A stretch of DNA of 64,000 nt from Candidatus Latescibacterota bacterium (GTDB taxonomy: Bacteria > Latescibacterota > UBA2968), in the NCBI GenBank assembly GCA_965207885.1, contig OZ242311.1, forward strand, positions 5,984,001-6,048,000, in the 5' to 3' direction. Below are positions 31,858 through 41,653 of the stretch, piece after piece (the first letter of the stretch is position 1; each line of letters begins with the position of its first letter). The notes under the pieces are model-generated. The model had not been told where the DNA came from. It saw nothing but the letters and a program-made list of their open reading frames with translations, and did no database searches. The translations under genes were made by a program, and so were the position numbers.

Positions 31858-32082
31858 CTAAATCAGGGATATGATGAACCAGATAATGACGATGGCGACA
31901 AAGGGCGATATGTCCAGGCCGCCCAGGTCGGGCAACACGCGGCGAATGGGTACGAGTACTGGATCTGTGATGGCGCATATTATTCTGATGAGTGGGTTGT
32001 ATGGATTGGGATTTATCCACGAGATGAGTGCTCGTGCAATGATGATGTAGCCGTAAATTTTGAGCAGGGTTACTAAGAACAT
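31858..32082 (-). CDS. YggT family membrane protein
   Basis: SWINPNPYNP...TDPVLVPIRRVLP..GGLDISP. Confidence 0.9.
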   Translation of the reverse strand: MFLVTLLKIYGYIIIARALISWINPNPYNPLIRIICAITDPVLVPIRRVLPDLGGLDISPFVAIVIIWFIISLI

Positions 32083-32250
32083 AAGAGGACCTTTCGTAAT
32101 GAGGTTTAAAGGGAGATTGGATAAATTATCAGTTTGCGCGAGAAAAGCAACGGAAAAGCCAGGGCTAATCGACGCGTGTTTTTTTACGAGCCAGAGGCCT
32201 TTTGGACGTTGCACACGTTGGGAAATTTTGGTATTCTGATGACTACTGAT

Positions 32251-32333
32251 CCCGGGGGACGGCACAGGGACCGTCCCCTACTCGGACACGATCATTGCCT
32301 GTAATGTAGGGGCGGCGCCCCCGTGCCCGCCCG
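32251..32333. repeat. Divergent pair of GTAG-type REP elements
   Basis: GTAGGGGACGGTCCCTGTGCCGTCCC (minus) and GTAGGGGCGGCGCCCCCGTGCCCGCCC (plus); near-identical copy at 61615. Confidence 0.8.
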
Positions 32334-32351
32334 CTGACCACCGAGAGCTTT

Positions 32352-35075
32352 GTGATGCGCTCTGTATATTTTCCTCTTCTGATCTGTCTTTTGCCGCTTC
32401 AGGTACTGGCAAGTTCGCCGCCCTATCAAAAGGTCGCCGATGTTTCGCTTGCTGGTTCGCTTTCTCTCCAGCATTATCGCCTCGCCAATGGCCTTCAGGT
32501 TGCGATTGTGGAGGACGATACCAGACCTGTTGTGACATGTCAAATCGCCTATCGCGTGGGGTCTTCTCACGAAGCACCCGGCAGGCAGGGCATGGCGCAT
32601 CTGGTCGAGCACCTGGCAGTGGTTCGCTCATTCCCAAAGTCATTCTACCTTTTGGACGCGCCACACGCCAATGCCAGTACGTCGAAAGATGGTACGAAAT
32701 ACTACGCCACGGTTCCCAAAGCGCAGCTGGATACGCTGATCGCCTGTTTTGCCTGGGGTATGACGCAGTTTGATGTTTCGCAGGAAGAATACGATCTCGA
32801 AAAAGAGGTCGTTCTGGCTGAATGGGCGCGCAGCGCCAATAGTGCGCGTCGGCTTTTGTATAAAAAGATATATGCCCGCATGTTTGCAGGGCATCCCTAT
32901 CGGTACGATATTCTGGGTCATCGTGATACGATTAAGACTTTTACTCTGGATCAAGCGATTGTATTTCACAGGCGTTATTACGTGCCAAACAATGCCTGTC
33001 TTGTAATTGTCGGCGATGTGAAAGGGGCTGATATTTTACCCGTTGTAGTTCAACATTTTGGGGAAATTCCAAAGCGCTATGGGTTTATTCACGACGATAT
33101 TGATACGCTGGATGTCACATCTGTCTCCCAGGATTCCATTCAATATACAACTGCGTTGCATTCTTCTGTTTGGGGTGTTTGGCATATTCCGACAGATACG
33201 CATCCGAATTTTTATCCTTTGTATTTGTTTGATAAAGCTCTTTTTGAAGGTGAATATTCTCTTGCTCGCCAAAGGCTAATTGGTCCGGGGAAAGTTCTCG
33301 GGGTAAATTCCTATTTTCTCAATATGCGCGATAAAGGGCTGTTTTATTATATAGCTGACTTACCCTCGGGTGCGCGTTATGACTTTGAGGCAATGCCGCG
33401 AATTATTCAAACAGCTGTCGATTCTTTGTCTGAGGATCATCTTTGGCTGGCGAGAAACGAAGCGCGTAAGATTTTATATCGCACAATAACCAGTCAGTCC
33501 CGTCTGGCAAATATGATCTCTTCAGGATTCATTCGCACCAGTGATCCCGCCCATCGTCTCAAGTGGATGCAGAATCTCGATGGCATTACGATAGCGGATG
33601 TCAAGCGGGTGGTGAAGCAATATCTTTTGGACCAGCCGCCCCGCACCTTTGTCCTGATCTCTTTTGAGGAGCCAGCACCATCATGGAACGTGTGGCTTTA
33701 TGTGGGTATTGTGTGGGTTCTCGTGGGATTGGGAGGATACTGGTACTGGCGACGGCGAGTACTTGCGGTTGGATTATTTGCAGTCCTTTGCAATATTTCG
33801 GCAGCAGATGCAGAGATCCCCAATCACAAGATATATTACGTGCAGGACACGCGCGTGCCGCAAACGCGGCTTTCAATGAGGTATTATACAGGAGGGGATC
33901 TGCAGGAGACAATGGATACACGTGGTTTGTCTTTTGCGTTTTTTCGCCTGAATGATCTGGCATTACACGGAGAAGATAAAAAAGAGATGGACCGGCTTGG
34001 CGCAGAGTTCTGGTTCAATATTTCCGATCAATATGTTACCGTTAACCTGACCGTGTTTAGCGAAAATTTGGATGCGGCTTTGAGACGCCTGAAGGTGATG
34101 ATGAGAGATCTCACATTCTCTAAAGAACTGCTGAACAGGGAAAGGGCGCGGATCATAGACGATTTTGAGGATTACGTTGATGACCATGAGGTAACAGAGA
34201 TTTTTCGCTATCACCTGTACAAGTCTGACAGAGACCGGCGGGAGGGCACGCGCACAGCACTTGAAAATTTGACAGCACAGGACTTGCAACAATTTTGGAA
34301 TCAAACCTTGCGCGCAAAAGTCCTCTATTTTAGAGTGACTTCTGATCTGAGTAAGTCGGAAATTGAACGCAGTTTGCGCGTGATGACCCACAACCGGGTT
34401 CGAGATGGGTTTTCGCCACGTCCCCGTCCAAAACGCAAAGAGATTACGGGTAAGCGCGCTTTAATTTTGCCAAGCCCCCATCCGGCTGATTTTTGCAATT
34501 TGATAACAAATGGCTTGCCTCGCACAAATGAGGATTGGTTTGCACAAGCGGTTTTGGTCAATGCGCTAAACCGTCTGTTGTTCATTCGGCTTCGCGAACA
34601 AAAGGGCTGGTGTTATTCGGCTGGTGTGAGTATTCAGGAATGGACATCACCGCCAATACTGCATTTTGGGGCTAATCCTCGAAGTGTTTATACTTCTCAA
34701 CTTGTTCCCGAGATGTTTCGGTTGATTAACCATTTTTTGTCCGAGCCAGATTTTTGGGCGCAGGTGGAGAAAGGTCGCGAAAGGCTCAAGCGGGCGTATC
34801 ATTTGCAACTCGGTCCGCAGCCCAGACTCAGTCAGCAAGTGCGCTACGATCGCGATGGGGTGCCCGCGCTTTCGCTGGAGGAATACGAATCGGCTATTGA
34901 TCGGGTGACGGAAGAAGATATTCGCCGCGTTTTCAAAAGGATGCTAAAAGGTCAGAACAAATTGCCATTGCTGATGCTTATTTATGGGAATACTGACAGC
35001 ATTGAGACCGTATTGGATCACGAGGATATCAAGGCGAGGACGACGGTTTTTGATATTCAGACTCTGCTTGAATAA
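32352..35075 (+). CDS. M16 (pitrilysin-like) zinc peptidase, two halves joined by a membrane segment
   Basis: Signal peptide, YRVGS..E, HLVEH zinc motif, YYVPNNA; second M16 half with RLREQKGWCY. Confidence 0.85.
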   Translation: MMRSVYFPLLICLLPLQVLASSPPYQKVADVSLAGSLSLQHYRLANGLQVAIVEDDTRPVVTCQIAYRVGSSHEAPGRQGMAHLVEHLAVVRSFPKSFYLLDAPHANASTSKDGTKYYATVPKAQLDTLIACFAWGMTQFDVSQEEYDLEKEVVLAEWARSANSARRLLYKKIYARMFAGHPYRYDILGHRDTIKTFTLDQAIVFHRRYYVPNNACLVIVGDVKGADILPVVVQHFGEIPKRYGFIHDDIDTLDVTSVSQDSIQYTTALHSSVWGVWHIPTDTHPNFYPLYLFDKALFEGEYSLARQRLIGPGKVLGVNSYFLNMRDKGLFYYIADLPSGARYDFEAMPRIIQTAVDSLSEDHLWLARNEARKILYRTITSQSRLANMISSGFIRTSDPAHRLKWMQNLDGITIADVKRVVKQYLLDQPPRTFVLISFEEPAPSWNVWLYVGIVWVLVGLGGYWYWRRRVLAVGLFAVLCNISAADAEIPNHKIYYVQDTRVPQTRLSMRYYTGGDLQETMDTRGLSFAFFRLNDLALHGEDKKEMDRLGAEFWFNISDQYVTVNLTVFSENLDAALRRLKVMMRDLTFSKELLNRERARIIDDFEDYVDDHEVTEIFRYHLYKSDRDRREGTRTALENLTAQDLQQFWNQTLRAKVLYFRVTSDLSKSEIERSLRVMTHNRVRDGFSPRPRPKRKEITGKRALILPSPHPADFCNLITNGLPRTNEDWFAQAVLVNALNRLLFIRLREQKGWCYSAGVSIQEWTSPPILHFGANPRSVYTSQLVPEMFRLINHFLSEPDFWAQVEKGRERLKRAYHLQLGPQPRLSQQVRYDRDGVPALSLEEYESAIDRVTEEDIRRVFKRMLKGQNKLPLLMLIYGNTDSIETVLDHEDIKARTTVFDIQTLLE

Positions 35076-35236
35076 ACGACCATTCGCAGAGCGAATGGCT
35101 TTAGTGTTCGGTCACGAACACTAAAGGAGGCGAAGTATCGTCGTTTTTCGTGAGCGGTAAAACCTTTACCGCGAACAATAATTAATTTCTTCTATACTCT
35201 TGACGTTGTTTTTGTAGTTGGGTATGTTTTATGTAC

Positions 35237-35311
35237 AGCGGGTTGCCTCAGCATTTCTGTTTATTTCCTCCCTCCCGATAAATAGAGTGCTGTTGGCAGC
35301 CCGCTTTTTTT
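35237..35311 (+). ncRNA. Putative hairpin sRNA 1 (C-rich loop)
   Basis: TTGACG-17-TATGTT (35200-35228); about 27-bp interrupted stem, loop TTCCTCCCTCCCG, T-run. Confidence 0.55.
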
Positions 35312-35347
35312 ATTGACAGGGTTATTTTTGGAATTTATTTTGCTTTT

Positions 35348-35404
35348 GTAGCAGAATTACGAACCTTTGAGGGTGTCGGGAGGGAGCCCTCAAAGGCTTT
35401 TTTT
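35348..35404 (+). ncRNA. Putative hairpin sRNA 2 (G-rich loop)
   Basis: TTGACA-17-TATTTT (35313-35341); stem CCTTTGAGGGT/GCCCTCAAAGG, loop GTCGGGAGGGA, T7. Confidence 0.5.
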
Positions 35405-35414
35405 GTTTATAAAT

Positions 35415-35581
35415 AAAAAAGAGGCGCTGGTTGGGAGGGTATAACCAACGCCTCAAGGGATGTTGCATGGTACCGGATTAGACGCATTTGTACAGAAAAG
35501 AGTTCCAAGAAAGAGTAACGGCGTTGACTCAGCCGGGGTATAGGAGTCAACGCCGATATTTTTGCGACACGCTTTGTCGCA
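35415..35581 (-). ncRNA. Putative multi-hairpin sRNA 3
   Basis: Three hairpins including a perfect 12-bp stem (35519-35555) and a terminator with ATACCCTCCC loop plus T6 on the minus strand; promoter not clear. Confidence 0.4.
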
Positions 35582-35711
35582 TATTCTTTTACTTTTAAAG
35601 GCTGGAAAGGTTCCCGAATGGTGTGATTTTTTGTTGGCTCAAACAAGTTTTAACTTTTTGTGTTATGGTGTATATTGTTGATTCTCTAAAAGATGTGACC
35701 ATGGAGATGAT

Positions 35712-37220
35712 ATGGTAAATAAAAAAATAGAACGCTGGGGACTGTGGCTCGGTCCTGTGATTGGGCTGAGTGTCACGGTTTTTGGAGATCTCAAGCCGGG
35801 ACATCCCGAGGTGACACATACGGCAGGTGTGGCCTGCTGGATGGCGGTTTGGTGGATGACAGAGGCCGTGCCTTTGGCTGCGACGGCACTGTTGCCCGTG
35901 GTGCTGTTTCCCCTGCTGGGTATTATGAGCGGGCAAGAGGTTGCGCCACTTTATTTGAATCATATTATTTTTTTGTTTGTCGGTGGTTTTATGGTGGCAT
36001 TGGGCATGCAACGCTGGAATTTACACCGGCGAATTGCCCTGCGCTTGCTGCTCCTTTTTGGAGGGTGTCCCCGGTGTATTCTGACGGGTTTTATGCTGGT
36101 AACGGCGTTTTTGTCCATGTGGATTTCCAATACGGCGACAACGATGATGATGGTGCCTATTGCGCTTGCAATTGTGGTTAGAATGGAAGAGCAGGGTGTG
36201 GCATCTGGTTCTTTTGGCACGGCGGTGTTTCTGGGGGTGGCTTATGCGGCTTCAATTGGTGGGAGTGCAACGCTTGTGGGTACGCCGACCAATTTGTCTT
36301 TTGTGAGGATTTTATCGATTCATTTTGCAGAGGTTCCCGAGATTTCATTTGCGATGTGGTTTGCTTTTGCTCTGCCTCTGGCATGTGTGATGCTCGTTTG
36401 TGCGTGGGGTGCGCTTTGCCTTGTTTTTGGCATTCGCGGTCGCGGCGATGATATTGATCTGAGTGTGGTGCGCGCGCAATATGCCGAGTTGGGGCCGATG
36501 TCATTTGCCGAGAAGGTCGTGCTGGCCGATTTTGTATTGTTGGCGCTGTTGTGGTTGTCGAGACGCCCCATTCAAATTGGCGATTGGACGCTGCCGGGCT
36601 GGTCTCAGTTTTTCGAATCTGGCGGATTGATAACCGATGGGTCGGTTGCTATGGCAATGGCTCTGATTTTATTTGTCGTGCCCGCGCGGGATGGCGCGAA
36701 ATCCAGGGTGATGGATTGGCAAACGGCTGGCAATGTGCCCTGGCATATTGTTTTGCTGATTGGCGGTGGATTTGCTCTGGCAAGTGGGTTTAAGGAGTCG
36801 GGGTTGTCGCTCTGGTGCGCGCAGCAGTTGGAGGGTATGGGGCGCTTGCATCCTCTATTTTTGGTCGGTGGTTTGTGTGTGATGATGACTTTTTTGACAG
36901 AGTTGACTTCCAATACGGCAACGGCAGAGATGTTTCTTCCGGTTTTAGCGGCGTTATCTGTGGCGGTGGGTCTCAATCCATTGTTGCTGATGATTCCAGC
37001 CACGTTGTCGTGTTCTTGTGCGTTTATGTTGCCGGTAGCTACGCCGCCCAATGCAATTGTGTTTGGCACGGATAGAATTTCTATGCGCGATATGGCGCGC
37101 GTGGGCGTGGGGTTGAATTTAATAGGGGCTGTGATGATTACTGCTGCGATTGCTGTTGTTGGTCGCGTTGTGCTGGGTATTGAACTTGGGGTGATGCCCG
37201 ATTGGGCGAAAATTCAATAG
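35712..37220 (+). CDS. SLC13/DASS family Na+:dicarboxylate/sulfate symporter
   Basis: LSMWISNTAT, TELTSNTA, FMLPVATPPNAI. Confidence 0.92.
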   Translation: MVNKKIERWGLWLGPVIGLSVTVFGDLKPGHPEVTHTAGVACWMAVWWMTEAVPLAATALLPVVLFPLLGIMSGQEVAPLYLNHIIFLFVGGFMVALGMQRWNLHRRIALRLLLLFGGCPRCILTGFMLVTAFLSMWISNTATTMMMVPIALAIVVRMEEQGVASGSFGTAVFLGVAYAASIGGSATLVGTPTNLSFVRILSIHFAEVPEISFAMWFAFALPLACVMLVCAWGALCLVFGIRGRGDDIDLSVVRAQYAELGPMSFAEKVVLADFVLLALLWLSRRPIQIGDWTLPGWSQFFESGGLITDGSVAMAMALILFVVPARDGAKSRVMDWQTAGNVPWHIVLLIGGGFALASGFKESGLSLWCAQQLEGMGRLHPLFLVGGLCVMMTFLTELTSNTATAEMFLPVLAALSVAVGLNPLLLMIPATLSCSCAFMLPVATPPNAIVFGTDRISMRDMARVGVGLNLIGAVMITAAIAVVGRVVLGIELGVMPDWAKIQ

Positions 37221-37233
37221 GCGGGAGGTAGCG

Positions 37234-39009
37234 TCAATCCGCGACCTGTGACTCGCGGGTTGCAATGCGCGATAGTATTTCGCCATTGCGCGTGAGGTCT
37301 TGCGCCCGTACCATGCGCGCATAGAGTCCATCTCGGTCGATGAGGGAACTGTGGTTGCCCGTTTCGACCACGCGCCCTTCGTCGATTACAGCAATGGTGG
37401 GTGACCGGCGCACAGTGGAGAGGCGATGGGCAATGACGAGGGTGGTGCGATTTTGCGTGAGGCGATAAAGGGCTTCTTGAATAAGTGCCTCGGTTTCAAC
37501 GTCCACAGAAGATGTGGCTTCATCAAGGATGAGGATGGGGGCGTCTTTAAGCAGTGCTCGGGCTATGGAGAGGCGTTGTTTTTCACCGCCGGATAATCGC
37601 ACGCCTCGTTCTCCAATCACGGTGTCATATCCTTTGGGCAGGTCGCGAATAAAGGCATGGGCATTGGCTGCTTGTGCGGCTTCTCGAACTGTGCGTTCGG
37701 TCGCATCTGGACGACCAAAGATCAGATTTTCATATACTGTGCCGTGAAATAAAAAGACGTCTTGAAGGACTGAGGCGATATTTTGGCGCACAAAAGAGAG
37801 GGGTAGATCGCGCAGGTCATATCCGCCAATGCGAACCGCGCCTTGTTGGGGGTCATAAAATCGGGGCAAGAGGTTGGCAAGGGTTGATTTGCCCGCGCCC
37901 GTGGGTCCGACGAGTGCGAGAATATCTCCTTCATCAATGTACAGGTCAATGTCGTGTAAGACGGGTGTGTTGGGATCATAGCCAAATGTGAGTGCGTCAA
38001 TGTCGATATCCCATGTGATGGTTTTGGGCACGGTTACACCGGGCGCGTCGGTAATTTCCGGACGGATGGCGAGGAGTTGAAAAACGCGTTCTGTGCTGGC
38101 GGCGGCTTTTTGCAATACATCGTTAAAAGATGCCAGTTGCAAAAAAGGCTGGTAGATGTGGCCCATATAGACAATGAAGACAAATAGATCAGCTACCGAG
38201 ATGCTGTCGCTGAGGGCCATGTTGCCACCGCTCCAGATGACGAGTACAATGCCCAGTCCACCTGTGGCTTCAATGATGCCAGCGGGCAGGAGCGAGACTG
38301 TGTTGGCTTTGATCAAGCGGTCGTGAAAGGTGGCACTGCGGTGGGTTACCTGGTGGGCGCATTCCCGCTCGCGAGCAAATGATTTGATGACGGCAATGCC
38401 CGACATGTTATCCTGTACGAGGGCGGCGAGTTCGGAGAGCCGTTCGCGCACTGCATGCCACATGGCGCGCACTTTGGATACATAGCGATATACGAGAAAT
38501 GCCATGAGCGGAATGGGCAATATGGCGATGAGGGCGAGTTCCGGGTTGAGGTAAAAGAGCACGGCGATCATGGATATGGGGATAACCGTGGCGAGCGCGG
38601 TTTCGGGTATGCCGTGTGCAATAAAGTCTTCGATGGCTTCGATGTCGTTGATGGAGCGAGCCATGAGATTGCCGGTGCGCTGGCGATTGAAAAAGCTATG
38701 GGATAGGTTTTGCAGGTGCTTGTACACGCGCGTCATAAGCGCGTGCATCACGCGATAGGCAGTGACGTGGGAAAAGAAGCCATAACCATAACGGGAGACA
38801 CCGCGAAGCAGGTAAATTCCAAGGAGTAAGAGGCTGACTTCTATGAGGTCCCCTGCGGGTTTTGCTTCGGTGAGCCACTGGATGAGTTTGCGGATGAGCA
38901 ATGGTGGGATCAGATTGGCCGCTGCAAAGATAAGTCCACAGGCGATGCAGCATGCCATAAAGAGACGGCGACCTTCGAGCAGATCGTAGATTTGTTTGAT
39001 AAAGGTCAT
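37234..39009 (-). CDS. ABC exporter, fused permease/ATPase
   Basis: GPTGAGKS, LSGGEKQR, ILDEATS. Confidence 0.93.
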   Translation of the reverse strand: MTFIKQIYDLLEGRRLFMACCIACGLIFAAANLIPPLLIRKLIQWLTEAKPAGDLIEVSLLLLGIYLLRGVSRYGYGFFSHVTAYRVMHALMTRVYKHLQNLSHSFFNRQRTGNLMARSINDIEAIEDFIAHGIPETALATVIPISMIAVLFYLNPELALIAILPIPLMAFLVYRYVSKVRAMWHAVRERLSELAALVQDNMSGIAVIKSFARERECAHQVTHRSATFHDRLIKANTVSLLPAGIIEATGGLGIVLVIWSGGNMALSDSISVADLFVFIVYMGHIYQPFLQLASFNDVLQKAAASTERVFQLLAIRPEITDAPGVTVPKTITWDIDIDALTFGYDPNTPVLHDIDLYIDEGDILALVGPTGAGKSTLANLLPRFYDPQQGAVRIGGYDLRDLPLSFVRQNIASVLQDVFLFHGTVYENLIFGRPDATERTVREAAQAANAHAFIRDLPKGYDTVIGERGVRLSGGEKQRLSIARALLKDAPILILDEATSSVDVETEALIQEALYRLTQNRTTLVIAHRLSTVRRSPTIAVIDEGRVVETGNHSSLIDRDGLYARMVRAQDLTRNGEILSRIATRESQVAD

Positions 39010-39087
39010 AAATCTGTTTTGGTTTGAGGTCCGTTATGGTTGTGACTCAAACCTATTATTTGATGGGATAGAAGTCAAGAGAATAGA

Positions 39088-40110
39088 ATGGAGAGAACGA
39101 CTATGGTGATTAAAACAGAAGAAGAATTGATCGATCAGATGACGACTCCATCGCCCGAAGTGGTCGAGGCTGTGTCAAAGTTAGATGGTCCCGTGATGAT
39201 TTTGGGTATCGCGGGAAAGATGGGACCGACTCTATCAGAGTTGCTGCTGCGAGCCGGTGCAGATGAGGTGATTGGCGTGTCGCGGTTTTCCAATCCGCTG
39301 GATCGGGATGATCTGGAGGCGCGGGGTATTGCGACGATCAAGTGCGATTTGCTGGACGATGAGGGGCTGGCGCGGTTGCCTCGCGTGCCGTATCTCTATT
39401 TGATGGCCGGGCATAAGTTTGGGGCAACGGGCAACGAGCCGTTGACCTGGGCGATGAATGCGGCATTGCCCGCAAAAGTCATGCAACAATTTCCAGATTC
39501 GCGTATTGTTTATGTGTCTTCTGGCAATGTTTACGAATTTGCTTCGGTGACGGGTTCGGGTGCTCAGGAGGATGCTGCTGTCGATCCGATTGGCGAATAC
39601 GCCATGTCCCGGCTGGGCGGTGAACGGCTTGCCGAGTTTTATTGCAAAGAGAATCAAACGCCTCTGGCAATTGTGCGTTTGTTTTACGCGACTGAGTTGC
39701 GCTATGGCATCATTTTGGATATCGCCGAGAAGATTAAATCCGAGACGCCTATTGATCTGTCTATGGGCCATGTCAACCAGATATGGCAGGGCGATGCGAA
39801 TGCGTATTTGGCGCGGATGTTTCCGCTTTGTGCATGTCCTGCACGGGTGGTGAATATGACGGGTAGGGATGTGTTGTCGGTGCGCGATTTGGCGTTGCAA
39901 TTGGGCGAATATTTTGGTATTGATCCCGTGTTTGAAGGCGAAGAGCGCGAGACGGCATTGTTGGGTGATGCAGGGGTGCTTTTTGAGGAGATGGGGGCGC
40001 CGTGGGTTTCCGTTGAAGAAATTGTCTCGTGGGTTGCACGCTGGGTTATGAGCGATGGACGCACGCTGGGCAAACCGACCAAATACGAGTCGAGGACAGG
40101 GGCGTTTTAG
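39088..40110 (+). CDS. NAD-dependent epimerase/dehydratase family
   Basis: GIAGKMG, SSGNVY, GEYAMSRLG. Confidence 0.85.
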   Translation: MERTTMVIKTEEELIDQMTTPSPEVVEAVSKLDGPVMILGIAGKMGPTLSELLLRAGADEVIGVSRFSNPLDRDDLEARGIATIKCDLLDDEGLARLPRVPYLYLMAGHKFGATGNEPLTWAMNAALPAKVMQQFPDSRIVYVSSGNVYEFASVTGSGAQEDAAVDPIGEYAMSRLGGERLAEFYCKENQTPLAIVRLFYATELRYGIILDIAEKIKSETPIDLSMGHVNQIWQGDANAYLARMFPLCACPARVVNMTGRDVLSVRDLALQLGEYFGIDPVFEGEERETALLGDAGVLFEEMGAPWVSVEEIVSWVARWVMSDGRTLGKPTKYESRTGAF

Positions 40111-40125
40111 AAGGAGGACAGGACC

Positions 40126-41421
40126 ATGATAAAAGCAGGGATTTCAGAGGTGAATATCACGCCGCCAGTGGGGATTTCAATGTGCGGATTTGCCGCGCGC
40201 GAAGGGCCATCTGAGGCGATACACGACGAGTTGTACGCCAGGGCACTGGTGCTGGATGACGGCGAAACGCAGGTCGCAATTGTGGGGGCTGATGTGATCA
40301 GTTTTGCACCGGATCTGGTCACTCGGATCCGAGAGATAGTTGAGCATTCCGTCGGGATTCCGGGGGGACATATTTTGCTCAATGGGTCTCATTCCCATTC
40401 GGGACCCTCTGTGATGGCTTTCCGGTGTATGGGCGACCGCGATGTAGCTTATGAAGATGTGTTGTGCCGCAAGATTGTTGGGGCAATTAAAATGGCGGTC
40501 GAAGGATCGATACCCGCATCACTTTCGCAGGGGCGAGCACCCGTGCGTATTGCACATAACCGCAGAGAGATGCGCGACGGACGCATCGTGCTGGGCCATC
40601 ATCCCAAAGGTCCCGAAGCCCCCTGGGTCGATGTGGTGCGCGTAGATACAGCAGGCGGTGTGCCTGTGGCTGTTGTATTCGCGACTGCGGCGCATCCCGT
40701 GAATTTAAATGCGCTGTCGATCAGTGCAGAGTTTCCGGGATATGCCGCGCAATTTGTGCGGGATAATTTGGCGATGCCTATGTTTTTGCAGGGTTGTTGT
40801 GGGGATATTAACTGTGCGCCAAAGGACGGGAAGTTTGAGGGGTGCGAGTTGTTGGGTACGCGCCTGGGCGCGGCAACTGTGACGGCTGCGTTGTATGCCG
40901 AGAGGCTGGAGGGCGATGTGCTGGCGGTGAATAATCGGGTTGTCGAATTGCCTCTTATGGTACCCGATGTCGATGAAGCAGAGCGCGCACTTGCAGATGC
41001 CAAAGCGAATTTGCAACGCGTGCGAGAAGATAAAAATATAACGCCCTACCGACGCCGCCAACAATTCGAGGGGATGGTCGGGTGGGCAAAGGATTATGTG
41101 CGGGCTGCGAGAAGAGGCGGAAGTCCAACGGAGTCATTTGAGATTCAGACCATACATATTGGCGATATGGCAGTGGTGGGGTATCCGGGGGAGATGTTTG
41201 TCGATTACCAGTTGTTTTTAGATGATGCTTCTCCTTGTGATAAAACGATTGCACTGGGATATACCAATGGGTGTATTGGGTATGTTCCGACTGCCGATGC
41301 CTATCCTGTTGGTGGATACGAAGTCGAACAAGCTTTTAAGTATTATGGAACATTAATGATAGGTGCGGAGTGTGAAGATATGATTAAAACGACGACTGTC
41401 GAAATGCTGAGAGAGATGTAA
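40126..41421 (+). CDS. Neutral/alkaline ceramidase-like hydrolase
   Basis: ITPPVG, HDELYARAL, SHSHSGP, GYVPT..AY..GGYE. Confidence 0.8.
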   Translation: MIKAGISEVNITPPVGISMCGFAAREGPSEAIHDELYARALVLDDGETQVAIVGADVISFAPDLVTRIREIVEHSVGIPGGHILLNGSHSHSGPSVMAFRCMGDRDVAYEDVLCRKIVGAIKMAVEGSIPASLSQGRAPVRIAHNRREMRDGRIVLGHHPKGPEAPWVDVVRVDTAGGVPVAVVFATAAHPVNLNALSISAEFPGYAAQFVRDNLAMPMFLQGCCGDINCAPKDGKFEGCELLGTRLGAATVTAALYAERLEGDVLAVNNRVVELPLMVPDVDEAERALADAKANLQRVREDKNITPYRRRQQFEGMVGWAKDYVRAARRGGSPTESFEIQTIHIGDMAVVGYPGEMFVDYQLFLDDASPCDKTIALGYTNGCIGYVPTADAYPVGGYEVEQAFKYYGTLMIGAECEDMIKTTTVEMLREM

Positions 41422-41653
41422 AAAGAATCTATATATTGTATAATAAAGCATTTATACCACTTGAAATTGTAGAAAATGCTTGACAAATAGTGCGTATTAT
41501 CATAGATATATTTTTTGGGAGAGTGTTTATTTTTTGTTGGTTCTCTATAAGCACGGGTTATGTGTACACCGAGAGCCACCACATCGCATCGAGCCATATG
41601 CCGACAGTACACATGGTACGGGGAGCCATTATCGGTACTGTTGTGGAGTCTCA

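Noticed and set aside
29661-32265. Long N-terminal extensions of the ROK, Bcr and YggT ORFs in the track
   Set aside because: Upstream in-frame starts overlap neighbouring genes; shorter coupled starts fit the families.
35407-35646. 79-aa minus-strand ORF
   Set aside because: No RBS or recognisable motif; the region is better explained by RNA hairpins.
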